Of a stretch of DNA of 36,862 nucleotides, positions 20,354 to 30,116 are shown in pieces. The notes below the pieces were generated by a model. It was not told the DNA's origin. It did no database searches and saw only the letters and a list, made by a program, of their open reading frames with translations. The translations under genes were made by a program, and so were the position numbers. The stretch's first letter is position 1. Every line of letters begins with the position of its first letter. The stretch is from Wickerhamiella versatilis (lineage: Eukaryota), in contig JAQOWU010000005.1 of the NCBI GenBank assembly GCA_030867685.1, positions 1 to 36,862 on the forward strand, written 5' to 3'.

Positions 20354-21229
20354 ATGAGAACGCCTAGGGTGGACAATTTCGATATCTTCAAGGAATTCTC
20401 GAACGTGGCTAGTATCTTTTCATCCTGCTATATTATTTTGGCCCCGAATAACTCTCATGAAGGCGAAGAATATAAAACTAAGCTTCTTTTCGTTTTTGCT
20501 ATCTTCACTCTGGTATTATGTGTCGCTGAAGTGATTCTTAGATGGTTCCTGAGTGACAAAATCTTCCAAGATCATCGTCTGGTGAATACAAAAAAAGGCT
20601 TGCTATCAATAATCCTGCTGGTCAGAGGAATCTTATCTCTTTTTTATTTAATGTTCACTACCTTCCTGTATAGCAGCCTGCTTTACTGGATCCTTTTTAC
20701 CCTCGTTGCTGGTAATATGGTTTTAACAGCCATAGGTGCTGCATTTAAAGAAGTCGAAAGTGTAAGGGCTAAACGAAAGAATGAGGTAAGGAGGATTTCT
20801 CTGACAATTATTGACTATTTATGCCTAACCTTGCATGGGCTCGTTTTACTGCTATCTGTAACATTGCTTGCAAGGTCTACCGCTTTGCCTTCTGATGAAC
20901 GAACCGATGACTTATATGGGGTTGCAGTCGTTATAACCCTATGCTTTATTGCGATTATGGCAATAGACATACTTTTGTATATCTATGGAATTGACGAAGA
21001 TAATTTGTATACCAATGCTCTATCGTACGCTGCCACTTTTTCCTTTTCTATGATCAGTGAGGTAGCTGCTCTTCCGCTGGCTATAATATATGCTGATACC
21101 ACTTATTGGCTAATATCAGTACTCATTGCTTTGATTTTCATGTTAATGGTTTGCTCACCTATACTCGAACGAGTGAAAGAAGTGAGAGCCGAGAAAGGCA
21201 GAGAATGTGAGGATAAACGAAAGTTGTAG
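20354..21229 (+). CDS. Hypothetical multi-pass membrane protein
   Basis: 291 aa ATG ORF with ~7-8 hydrophobic segments; no family recognised. Confidence 0.65.
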   Translation: MRTPRVDNFDIFKEFSNVASIFSSCYIILAPNNSHEGEEYKTKLLFVFAIFTLVLCVAEVILRWFLSDKIFQDHRLVNTKKGLLSIILLVRGILSLFYLMFTTFLYSSLLYWILFTLVAGNMVLTAIGAAFKEVESVRAKRKNEVRRISLTIIDYLCLTLHGLVLLLSVTLLARSTALPSDERTDDLYGVAVVITLCFIAIMAIDILLYIYGIDEDNLYTNALSYAATFSFSMISEVAALPLAIIYADTTYWLISVLIALIFMLMVCSPILERVKEVRAEKGRECEDKRKL

Positions 21230-21455
21230 GAGAGCGCAACATCTGTGGTATAATCGTCTTGCAGGTAGGCAGTAAACTCGTGATAACCGACAATACATAT
21301 ATAATGTTCCATCAAAACACAGTGTGCTATTCTTCGTTGCCTCAAACTTATCACAGTAATTTATCACCATATTTATCGATTTCAAACACTCTTACAGCGG
21401 TAGCTTCTGATCTGGCGTTGATCGATTAGCTAATTGGGCTCAGCAATACCTTGTT

Positions 21456-23549
21456 ATGCCAAAGTCCTACAGTGGCTGCCTAAGATGCCGCCGTCAGAAA
21501 ATTAAATGTGACCAGGGAACACCTAGTTGCGAGAATTGCCTAAGTTCCAGGACTACTTGTGAGTATGCCTCCAATCTACGATGGTCTAAGGACGATCGAA
21601 ATGTCCTTCGACGGCCAGTTGAGAAAGCACGGTTTCCTCCAAACATGTGTTTTGATCCTAGTAGAGTGCATGAAATCTTAGACACTTTGGATAAAGTACA
21701 TCAAACATCTGATGCATGTATGGGACCATTCACTGTGTTCGAGGTACCAGAGCTCTTGCCATCAGCTCAATACCTTTCCAGTGACCAAAATATAGACAAG
21801 GAGCAATCGCAGAGCACTCATCCTCCCACACAGTTTTCTGAGGTACGCGGTTGTGCAGAGCATGTTCAGGAGTACAGTTCGCCAACCAATATACCTATTC
21901 CGCTATCTGAAGAAGCACCGAGCATTTTTGATAGGTTTAGTGAAACGCCACCAAATACTGGGAGCAATCAGCCGACCACAGAGTTGGACCACGCTGAGTT
22001 GTTACGAGAAGACTTGCTGAATTGCTTCTGTGAAGACTTCACTTCGAATACACCAGAACAAGATGCTGAAGTGCTCTTATTTGAACGGACGGTAGAGTGT
22101 AACTGGCCAATTAGCCAGGCGGCAAAAAACATGAGTTTTTCTATAATGAGGTTGACTACGATGGCCCAAGGACTGCTGGTATACACGACTAGAATCTTTA
22201 CACCTGACAACTCCGTGAGAGCAAGCTCTGGAAACCTTTGGTGTACTTTTTTCACACCTCCCGCCTTGGCTGCAGTTGGTGAAATCCTTGCAACCGGTTC
22301 TACTACCAGTGCAAAGTATGCTATACTTTGCGCAGTTCTTTCGTGCGGAGCTCATCGTGCAAGGCAGAACTTCAATTCAGATAGCCTTGAGGCAACTTTT
22401 TGCATTTCTCTTGGAAAAAGATTATATGATGGTAGCAGGTATTGGATCGGTAGATGGTTGAAAGATCAACCGCTGGAAAAATACAAAGATGGGCTGGTTG
22501 CGCTCATAACTTTGATGATGAATCAATTTATCACAGAAGATGAGATCAGAAGGGAAAAAACAATGCGCGTATTACAGAGAGTCGTGAATAAAAGACTGAA
22601 AGAGAGACCAGAGGTAAGCGCCAAGGTGTCTATTTTGCACAAGGCTGCTGCCATGCCAATATTACTATCGTGGGTAGCAACTGGTAGACTAAAAAACTAC
22701 GATAATGACCCTATCGATAGCTCAAGATGGATAGATTCTGCATATGAGGATACCTTTCCGACATATGAGGAAACTTTCTCCAGTATTTCCAGCAGGCTTG
22801 TTCGTCTTGATTCAAGACGAGCAATGCTGATTCACTTACAGGAACCGAACCAAATTCAAAGCTATATTGAGCAATACATATGCGATATACCCCGCGAGGC
22901 ATATGACAAAGGTTCGAACAAAAGCCAGTTTAGTTATGGATTACCACCGTCTATTATATTTCTATTTAAGGAAGCTGTGATGATTTCAGAGCTGTTTGAG
23001 AAAGGGGAGTGTAATCCAACTTCCGAATTTATCTGGAGATCCACGTTATTAGAGGCAGCCCTAGCTAACTGGGAGCGCGCCTATGAGCCGCCTATAATCA
23101 CAATTCCAGTCGGCGAAAACTCTCCAGCAGCAATGGAGGCTAGGTGGTCTGCAATTTCTAGTCATAATACTTTGGCATTTTATGATGGAGTAGTCCTATT
23201 TCATTATTGCATAAATAAAGGCGTTGATCACCGTTTACTTCAAAATACGGTGAGGCGCGTAATTGACAACCTTGAGAGCATAACATGTCTTAACATGGAG
23301 CTTAGAGAACGCATCACGGTTCCAATCCTTTTTCCAGGGTTTGTAGGTGCATGTTTGGCAATGGAGCCGGATTCAGCTCTATGCTCACGGTATGACTCGT
23401 GGCTAAATGACATGGATACTTTCAGCATCTATCCTCGTAGAAATCTTTTACGTGTGGTAACAGAATTGCGGCGGCGACGAATTCGTGGTGAACCATGTAA
23501 GTGGAGTACGATAGCCCGTGAACAACGTATAACACCAAATATGTTTTAA
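21456..23549 (+). CDS. Zn(II)2Cys6 transcription factor, Arg81-like
   Basis: KSYSGCLRCRRQKIKCDQGTPSCENC......C followed by LRWSK, as in Arg81 (KTFTGCWTCR...LRWSK); GPFTVF; long C-terminal fungal TF domain. Confidence 0.9.
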   Translation: MPKSYSGCLRCRRQKIKCDQGTPSCENCLSSRTTCEYASNLRWSKDDRNVLRRPVEKARFPPNMCFDPSRVHEILDTLDKVHQTSDACMGPFTVFEVPELLPSAQYLSSDQNIDKEQSQSTHPPTQFSEVRGCAEHVQEYSSPTNIPIPLSEEAPSIFDRFSETPPNTGSNQPTTELDHAELLREDLLNCFCEDFTSNTPEQDAEVLLFERTVECNWPISQAAKNMSFSIMRLTTMAQGLLVYTTRIFTPDNSVRASSGNLWCTFFTPPALAAVGEILATGSTTSAKYAILCAVLSCGAHRARQNFNSDSLEATFCISLGKRLYDGSRYWIGRWLKDQPLEKYKDGLVALITLMMNQFITEDEIRREKTMRVLQRVVNKRLKERPEVSAKVSILHKAAAMPILLSWVATGRLKNYDNDPIDSSRWIDSAYEDTFPTYEETFSSISSRLVRLDSRRAMLIHLQEPNQIQSYIEQYICDIPREAYDKGSNKSQFSYGLPPSIIFLFKEAVMISELFEKGECNPTSEFIWRSTLLEAALANWERAYEPPIITIPVGENSPAAMEARWSAISSHNTLAFYDGVVLFHYCINKGVDHRLLQNTVRRVIDNLESITCLNMELRERITVPILFPGFVGACLAMEPDSALCSRYDSWLNDMDTFSIYPRRNLLRVVTELRRRRIRGEPCKWSTIAREQRITPNMF

Positions 23550-23811
23550 GGACTCTAATTCATAAATATATACCTTTTTATTGTTCTTTATATTCGGTAG
23601 AAGCTGGGGTTTGATCTCATATGTCTTGTTTTATCCTCATTACCGTTTTATGATACCTTTTTTGGTAGGAAAACCCGATTTATGTAATCAAATGACTTTC
23701 CGCACCATTGGCGGAATTTTGTGCATGCGAACGCTAAGTCACAGTCTTTTAAAAATTTGAAATAAATATGACAACAATAACATAAAGCTATTGCATTTAA
23801 AATTATAGTGG

Positions 23812-25293
23812 CTAGAGAGAATATCGAAACGAATGGATCTCACGGTCAGTAAGATCTTCTGCGGCAGGACTATCCTCGTCAATTCCCATACTTGATTCAG
23901 TACGATCACGGCGTTTGTTTTCCCACAGGTTAAGGAAAAGTAACACGAGAAAGAGGAAGAATACAATGCATGAACATGCGGCCATGGTCGTCTTCGCTGT
24001 TGGATAGCCACTGGGCTCCTCGCTTCCCTTAAATGCCTGCGGTCCAACCAAACAACCAACGGCAAATGATAAGCTAACCATTGCTGATACAGTGGACTTT
24101 TTCGTGCGTCCACGAACATCACTCTGGACAAGGCTTAGAACAATGCAAAATACCTGCGGCTCATAAAAGGCAAACGCATAGTAACCAAAAAGCTGCATTC
24201 CCGTGTTTCCCCAGGCCAGGAAGCATAAACATAATATAAATTGCCCGCAAATACCAAGACCCCAGAAGGCAAGGCGGTATCTGACAAGAAGGCTGGCCGC
24301 AAAAATTCCTACCAATATCTGAAACACAAGCTCTACACCACCAGCGGGCATATCCATAAGAATGCTTTGCCCATCGGAAAACCCCATACCAGACAGAAGG
24401 ATGACGCTGAAATTTGTGACACCCCCACTGGGTATGTTTGTTAATATTACAGCAATGATATAAATCCATGAACGGATATCTAAAAACGCCTCCTTGATTT
24501 GAGACGCTTTGACTGGTTCATAATTCTCCTGGCATGGAATACGGTCGGCACAGGCTTCTTTTTCGGCTTCGTTTAGAAAGAACGCTTCCCGTGGTGTATT
24601 AGGTATGATGCACCCGAAAATGGCCCCAATGAGGATGGTAATAGCTCCTAAAATAACCATCTGGAGGCGCCAGGATGCCATTGGTAGACTTTTGTTTTTG
24701 TACAAGCCATAAGATAGACCATCTAGCATGATTTCAAATAACCCTACGAATGAGTACCACACAGACGTACGGGAATTGTGCTGGCTTCGGGGAAACCACT
24801 GAGTGTTGAGAACAACAAATGAAGGAATCACAGAACCCTCGAGAAATCCTTGAATCACCCGTAAGGCGATAAAAGAGGCATAATTTTTTGCCGCGCCAAG
24901 GCAGCATGTTATGACGCCCCAAAGTACTATAATAATGCCCAGGGTTTTACCAATTGGCACGCGCTGCATAAGATAGTTACCACCAAATATCTGCCAGCCC
25001 AAGTACCCAAAGTAGAAAGATGATCCTACAAAGCTGTATTGTTGACTATTCGGATCCATATTCAAGTCCTCACGGATACCCATAAGAGAAGCATTAGATG
25101 TTGAGGTTCGATCCCCAAATTGGATACCATAAACCACTGCCATAGAAAGGCATACGATAAAGTCAGCTTTGAGCTGCAAACTACGTTTCGCTCGGAGCAT
25201 GACTGGCGAGATCTCCTGCACGTCACTCACAATAACGCTGTGCGCTTCAGAGGTTGCGGGGTCTTTTTCGGACTTACACGAACTGAGTTGCAT
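23812..25293 (-). CDS. MFS anion:cation symporter, Dal5/allantoate permease family
   Basis: KADF...QFGDR...ASLMGIREDL...QYSFVGSSFYFGYL, QRVPIGK, LRVIQGFLEG, SWRL, QIKEAFLD, NIPSGGVTNF, GRTKK, VGPQAF, WENKRRD, DLTDRE..FRYSL. Start placed at the first ATG (25293). Confidence 0.92.
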   Translation of the reverse strand: MQLSSCKSEKDPATSEAHSVIVSDVQEISPVMLRAKRSLQLKADFIVCLSMAVVYGIQFGDRTSTSNASLMGIREDLNMDPNSQQYSFVGSSFYFGYLGWQIFGGNYLMQRVPIGKTLGIIIVLWGVITCCLGAAKNYASFIALRVIQGFLEGSVIPSFVVLNTQWFPRSQHNSRTSVWYSFVGLFEIMLDGLSYGLYKNKSLPMASWRLQMVILGAITILIGAIFGCIIPNTPREAFFLNEAEKEACADRIPCQENYEPVKASQIKEAFLDIRSWIYIIAVILTNIPSGGVTNFSVILLSGMGFSDGQSILMDMPAGGVELVFQILVGIFAASLLVRYRLAFWGLGICGQFILCLCFLAWGNTGMQLFGYYAFAFYEPQVFCIVLSLVQSDVRGRTKKSTVSAMVSLSFAVGCLVGPQAFKGSEEPSGYPTAKTTMAACSCIVFFLFLVLLFLNLWENKRRDRTESSMGIDEDSPAAEDLTDREIHSFRYSL

Positions 25294-25400
25294 CGCTAAA
25301 ACAGAAATGTGGGATAGTGCTTTCTGAATCACTCCTCTTTTTGTGGGTACAGATAGCGTGTTATTTTAGAATAATTCGGGTAAGGGTTCTAAAAGTCCGC

Positions 25401-25449
25401 GACAAGCGGGTTCTCCTACCCCATTTGGATTTCCAAACAGATAAGATAA
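25401..25449. promoter_or_regulatory. Divergent promoter motifs: GACAA(g/at)CGGGTTCT plus overlapping GATAAG/GATAA
   Basis: gacaagcgggttct at 25401-25414 matches gacaaatcgggttct at 28003-28017; GATAAGATAA at 25440-25449. Confidence 0.4.
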
Positions 25450-25526
25450 ATGTTTGTCATCTAATCATGTTGATTAGGCCATAGTGCGGTTATATATGGG
25501 TTGTGCTCATATTCATTGACTGTCAA

Positions 25527-26210
25527 ATGACATTTTCTCTCGTTGCACACGATCCCAGTACAGGACAGCTGGCTGTGGCTGTAAGTTCGTCATCACCTTC
25601 TGTAGGTTCCAGGTGTGCATTCGCCCGTGGTAAAGTAGGCGCTGTAACTACTCAAAAGCTCACCTTGCCGGATATCGGATCCCAGGTACTTGATGCTCTT
25701 GAGCAAGGGATGATGGCTCAAGAAGCCTTGGAAAAAGTGATAAAGCAAACACCATACGCAGATAAACGCCAAGTAACCGTAATTGATTCGAAAGGAAACA
25801 AAGCAATTTGGTTAGGTGAGGAAAACGTTTCAGGATCTGCTCAATCTAAAAATGCGGCTTCAGCAGGAAATTTCTTGGCACATGTTGGTGTCCCCAAAAC
25901 CATGGTTGATGCCTTTGAACAAAGTACCGGGGAGACGCTTGGGGACCGTATTCTCGACGGGTTACAGGCTGGTTTCGATGACGGTGGTGAGGGAAACCCT
26001 ATTCGATCGGCAGCCTTATTAGTGGTGGAAGAAGATCGCTTTCCACTCACAGATATTCGTGTTGATTGGGCCCTGAATCCTATCGAGGAAGTCAGGAAAA
26101 TCTATCATATATGGAAACCACAAATGTATGAATATCGCGTCCGTGCCGTCGATCCCTATAATGCACCTAAATTTTATGCTCCTAAAGAAGAGGAAGGCCT
26201 TTGGGATTAG
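25527..26210 (+). CDS. DUF1028 family protein (Ntn-hydrolase-like), bacterial type
   Basis: MTFSLVAHDPSTGQLAVAVSSSSPSVGSRC...VGAVTTQ...RQVTVID...AGN.L...GGE.NPIRSAALLVV...DIRVDW...P. Start at ATG 25527 exposes Thr2. Confidence 0.88.
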   Translation: MTFSLVAHDPSTGQLAVAVSSSSPSVGSRCAFARGKVGAVTTQKLTLPDIGSQVLDALEQGMMAQEALEKVIKQTPYADKRQVTVIDSKGNKAIWLGEENVSGSAQSKNAASAGNFLAHVGVPKTMVDAFEQSTGETLGDRILDGLQAGFDDGGEGNPIRSAALLVVEEDRFPLTDIRVDWALNPIEEVRKIYHIWKPQMYEYRVRAVDPYNAPKFYAPKEEEGLWD

Positions 26211-26486
26211 AAATCTATTTATCACAAGATAACCCTAGATATTTGGTAACCCAACGGCAACTGGCCCCATGAATTTATGAGGCTTTCTTAATTAAAAATT
26301 CTTGTACCCATATCACCGTTAAAAATTAAAGGATTTATAGACTTCATTATTGTATAATATTTAGCATTCATGTCTGTATACAAGTTCGAGGAAAACTGAA
26401 AAATAGGATGAGTTCACCACTGGAAGGTCAAGTTCAGTAAAAAAACTATGAACACTAGTGAAAGAAATAATAAGAGGCATATAATT

Positions 26487-27875
26487 CTAACATACGAGGT
26501 TTTCCAGTTCATTGAGCTGATACAGAACAGCAGCTTTTGCGGTACCACCAATCGCTGCCCTTTTTTCCACACTGTTATGGAAGTCAAACACATCCATAAC
26601 ATCTTCGTCAAATCTTGGATCAATTGATTTATATTGCTCGACTGATAGCTTGTCAATTCCACCAATATTGTGCTTCTCAGCAAAAGCAACTGCTTCGCCC
26701 GAAATGTGGTGCGTTTCACGGAATGGCACTCCCTTGCGTACTAGATAGTCGGCCAGATCTGTGGCCAGCATATCCATCGACAAGGCTTGAAACATACGAG
26801 TTTCATTAATTTTTAGAGTTGAGAGAATGCCTTTTGAAATTTGTAAAGAATTCTGAACCGTGGCCAGACTATCGAATAGTGGCTCCTTATCCTCACGCAA
26901 ATCCTTGTTGTACGTAGAGGGCATACCTTTACATACAACCATGAAACCAACGAGATGCCCTATAATTGTACCTGACTTCCCACGTATCAATTCAAGGGAG
27001 TCTGGATTCTTCTTCTGGGGCATCAACGAAGAGCCAGTTGAATACGCATCTGCGGCTTGTACAAACCCAAACTCAGCTGTAGAGTAAATTATGAGATCTT
27101 CACTCATTTTAGCCAAATGCGAGGCGACCATAGAGCACCAAAATAGTGTTTCAATCACAAAATCTCGATCGGAGACAGCCGCCAGTGAATTCCCGACTAC
27201 ACCCTCAAAGCCAAGTTCACGAGCCATGAATTCTCGATCGACAGCATAGGGATTCCCAGCTAGAGCACCGGTGCCGAGAGGACATTGATTAATGCGAACT
27301 ATCAACTGATCAAGTCGTTTAAAATCTTCGCCCAAAAATGTGGCTAGCATGCTAAGCCAGTGGGACCAGCGGATTGGTTGTGCTCGCTGCATGTGTGTAT
27401 AGCCGGGCATAAGCACATCAATCTCTGCACGAGCACGCTGAGCAATGACTAGGATTAACTCAACTAGAAATTGGCGAATTATCCTTAACTTGTCAATCGT
27501 GTGGAGCCGTAAATCCGTCACAACTTGATCATTGCGAGAACGTCCAGTGTGAACTTTTCCAGCAATATTTCGCCCAATAATTTCACCTAATCGTCTCTCG
27601 TTCGCAGTATGTATATCTTCATCACCAGGCCTCGTGATAAAGTTTCCCTGAGACCACTCATTCTCAAGCTCTTTAAGTCCAGAACTAATTTCTGACAGCT
27701 CATGATTGTTTAATATTCCAGCTTTCTGTAAAGCCTGTGTATATACTTGAGTCCCCTTGATATCGGCAGCATACATTTGCTTGCCGGTAGACAATGATTC
27801 ATTAAACGTCTCCATCAACGGGTCCATTTCTTCAGAAAAGCGACCTCCCCACAACTTGTTACCGGAAGTGTTCAT
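26487..27875 (-). CDS. ARG4: Argininosuccinate lyase (fungal Arg4-type), possibly a neofunctionalised paralog
   Basis: [85 protein letters not shown]. Confidence 0.95.
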   Translation of the reverse strand: MNTSGNKLWGGRFSEEMDPLMETFNESLSTGKQMYAADIKGTQVYTQALQKAGILNNHELSEISSGLKELENEWSQGNFITRPGDEDIHTANERRLGEIIGRNIAGKVHTGRSRNDQVVTDLRLHTIDKLRIIRQFLVELILVIAQRARAEIDVLMPGYTHMQRAQPIRWSHWLSMLATFLGEDFKRLDQLIVRINQCPLGTGALAGNPYAVDREFMARELGFEGVVGNSLAAVSDRDFVIETLFWCSMVASHLAKMSEDLIIYSTAEFGFVQAADAYSTGSSLMPQKKNPDSLELIRGKSGTIIGHLVGFMVVCKGMPSTYNKDLREDKEPLFDSLATVQNSLQISKGILSTLKINETRMFQALSMDMLATDLADYLVRKGVPFRETHHISGEAVAFAEKHNIGGIDKLSVEQYKSIDPRFDEDVMDVFDFHNSVEKRAAIGGTAKAAVLYQLNELENLVC

Positions 27876-28127
27876 GATTCTTACTCTTTCTTCGTCTTAG
27901 GATAAAAGTGAAACCCAAATATCTACTGCTATATATGATACTGTGATTATATAACCTGTCCACAATCATTAAAACCCTGATTCAACATATCAGAAACAAG
28001 ATGACAAATCGGGTTCTTTTTCCTAATTAATTTAGGGAAAGGGCAGGGGCCCCGACAAAGCCAACCACTGATAATGCGAAATATGTACTAGTTGCTGTAC
28101 ACTTTTGTTCGACTGGGTGTAATCGTG

Positions 28128-29495
28128 ATGGCTGTAAAAAGTCGGAAACTTGATAAACTGGTCTCATTTGTCGAGGAGCTTAAGTTCGAGAATATCCCTA
28201 CGAATGTTGTTGAACGAGCCAAGCGTCATTTTCTGGATGCGATAGGTGCAGCACTTGCAGGTACCACTAGTGATGCATTCCTCAAGGTTTTAAGACAGTC
28301 ATGCTTGACGGAACCAAGCTTTGATTGTCTAGTTTGGGGAACAAAATATCACTTTTCGTCGACTGTAGCTGCCTTTGCTAACGGTGTAGCTGCCCATGCT
28401 TTAGAGCTCGATGATACTGGAGGATGCGATCATAGTGGTGCAGTAGTAGTACCCTCAATACTCTCCTTGTTACCTGTACTTGGTAGACCCGTCAGCGGGC
28501 GCGAGCTTCTCACTGCCATGATTGTGGGTTATGAGGTTGGTAGGAGGGTTTTAGAAGCCTGTGGGGGATATGCAGCACATAATAATGATGGCTGGCACTC
28601 TACTGCCACTTGCGGTGTATTCGGGGCCTCTGCAGCCTGCGCAAAGCTAATGGGGCTGTCAGGTGAGAAATTAAAGTCAGCGATAACCTTATCAAGTAGT
28701 GCTTGTTCTGGACTATGGGCTTTCGTGCACGATTCTTCCCAAAGCAAGAAACTGCACGCAGGCTTGGCGTCAAAGGGCGGAATTGGGGCGGCATTACTTG
28801 CTCGTGAAGGCATGGAAGGACCATCTTATTTGTTTGATGATATATGGGGTGGCTTTTTAAAAACATATGCTAAAGACCATGCTGAATCGGAAGCCTTGTA
28901 TGAGGGCTTGGGTATGATCTGGAAACTAATGAGATGTTCCATCAAGCCTTATGCCTCTTGCCGAGGGACCCATAGCAGTATTGATGCAGTTATAGAGCTT
29001 ATGGAAGACTACGGTATCTCAGTTGATGAAATAAAGGCTGTAAAAATACATCTGAGTCCTTTTCTATATAATATGTGCGGGACTCGAGACCTGAGCAGTC
29101 TTGCTAGTGCACAGATGAGTCTTCCGTATGCGCTTACGGCTATAATTACATTAGGAGATGCCGGATTAAACGCATACCAACCAGAATATTTCAATTCAGC
29201 ATCTACAAAAGATTTTATGGACCGTATTGTGCTCAAAGTAGATGACAACTGCGATCCATCCAGAGAGCCTGATGTTACTTTAGATTCTAGTGATGGCCGT
29301 TCATTCACCACTCGCGTTGATATCGCTTTGGGGAATCCTAGGAATCCAATGAGTGATAAAATATTGTTATCCAAATTTGAAGAGTTGGCTGGGCGTGTGT
29401 TGGCTCCTGAAAAAGTTGCTCAAACAATTCTTATGTGCCTCTCCCTTGAGAAGTTGGATGATGGAAAAGCTTTACTGGACCTATTGCAAGCTTAA
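28128..29495 (+). CDS. MmgE/PrpD family protein (IDS-epimerase/YxeQ-like rather than canonical methylcitrate dehydratase), bacterial type
   Basis: AAFANGVAAHALELDD, H.GAVVVP, GYEVG.R, GWHSTATCGVFGA, KKLHAG, IKPYASCRGTHSSID, AQMSLPY, GNPRNPMS...KF. Start placed at ATG 28128. Confidence 0.92.
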   Translation: MAVKSRKLDKLVSFVEELKFENIPTNVVERAKRHFLDAIGAALAGTTSDAFLKVLRQSCLTEPSFDCLVWGTKYHFSSTVAAFANGVAAHALELDDTGGCDHSGAVVVPSILSLLPVLGRPVSGRELLTAMIVGYEVGRRVLEACGGYAAHNNDGWHSTATCGVFGASAACAKLMGLSGEKLKSAITLSSSACSGLWAFVHDSSQSKKLHAGLASKGGIGAALLAREGMEGPSYLFDDIWGGFLKTYAKDHAESEALYEGLGMIWKLMRCSIKPYASCRGTHSSIDAVIELMEDYGISVDEIKAVKIHLSPFLYNMCGTRDLSSLASAQMSLPYALTAIITLGDAGLNAYQPEYFNSASTKDFMDRIVLKVDDNCDPSREPDVTLDSSDGRSFTTRVDIALGNPRNPMSDKILLSKFEELAGRVLAPEKVAQTILMCLSLEKLDDGKALLDLLQA

Positions 29496-30059
29496 ATACT
29501 AACCTAGAATAACTTTGATCCTACTCGGTTGTATTTGTAATAATCTGGGACATATTGTCCTTCACAGTTAACATGCTCAAGAAATGGTTTCCTCATAAAA
29601 CATCTTATCTGCCCGATTGCTCTATAATCTTGCAGTTTGGGGCTGCTATCTTCTGCATTAGTCAACGCAGTTGCGTTATCTTGTAAATGGGTGAGACTGT
29701 AGAGGAGGAAAAGAAGACAGCTCCCTATCATATAACCTTGGGTTTCACCAGTTATATGGAGCCCACGATTGATTAGGCTATCTCACAGAAGACCCAATAT
29801 TTCACTTTTCATCTCAGATATGCGGCCAATTGTTTTTTATTCTAACCAGAACTATTGAACCGATCACTTTGTTCCTAAAGCTATTAGTGCTAGTTAAGTT
29901 GGAATATTTCGGGATGATTATACTGATGCACTGGGTGAAGAAAATTATTATGGGCATGTCGTACAGAAGCGTTCCCTTATGGATACTTTCTTTTTTGTTT
30001 TTTTCTATTTCGTTTCTTTTTGATTCATTAAAGTATTCCTGCTAAGAATTAAATTACTA

Positions 30060-30096
30060 TGGGCTATCTTGCATTGTCCAATCAGTCTCAGATAGT
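30060..30096 (+). repeat. 41-nt dispersed repeat, near-full copy
   Basis: TGGGCTATCTTGCATTGTCCAAtCAGTCTCAGaTAGT, 20 nt before ATG 30117. Confidence 0.9.
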
Positions 30097-30116
30097 AAGA
30101 TGATTAGTCATCTGTT

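Noticed and set aside
28128-29495. Calling this gene prpD/PDH1 (2-methylcitrate dehydratase)
   Set aside because: It has ELDD/GWHST motifs instead of the DFND...EWGHPSDN signature of true PrpD, and no methylcitrate-cycle neighbours.
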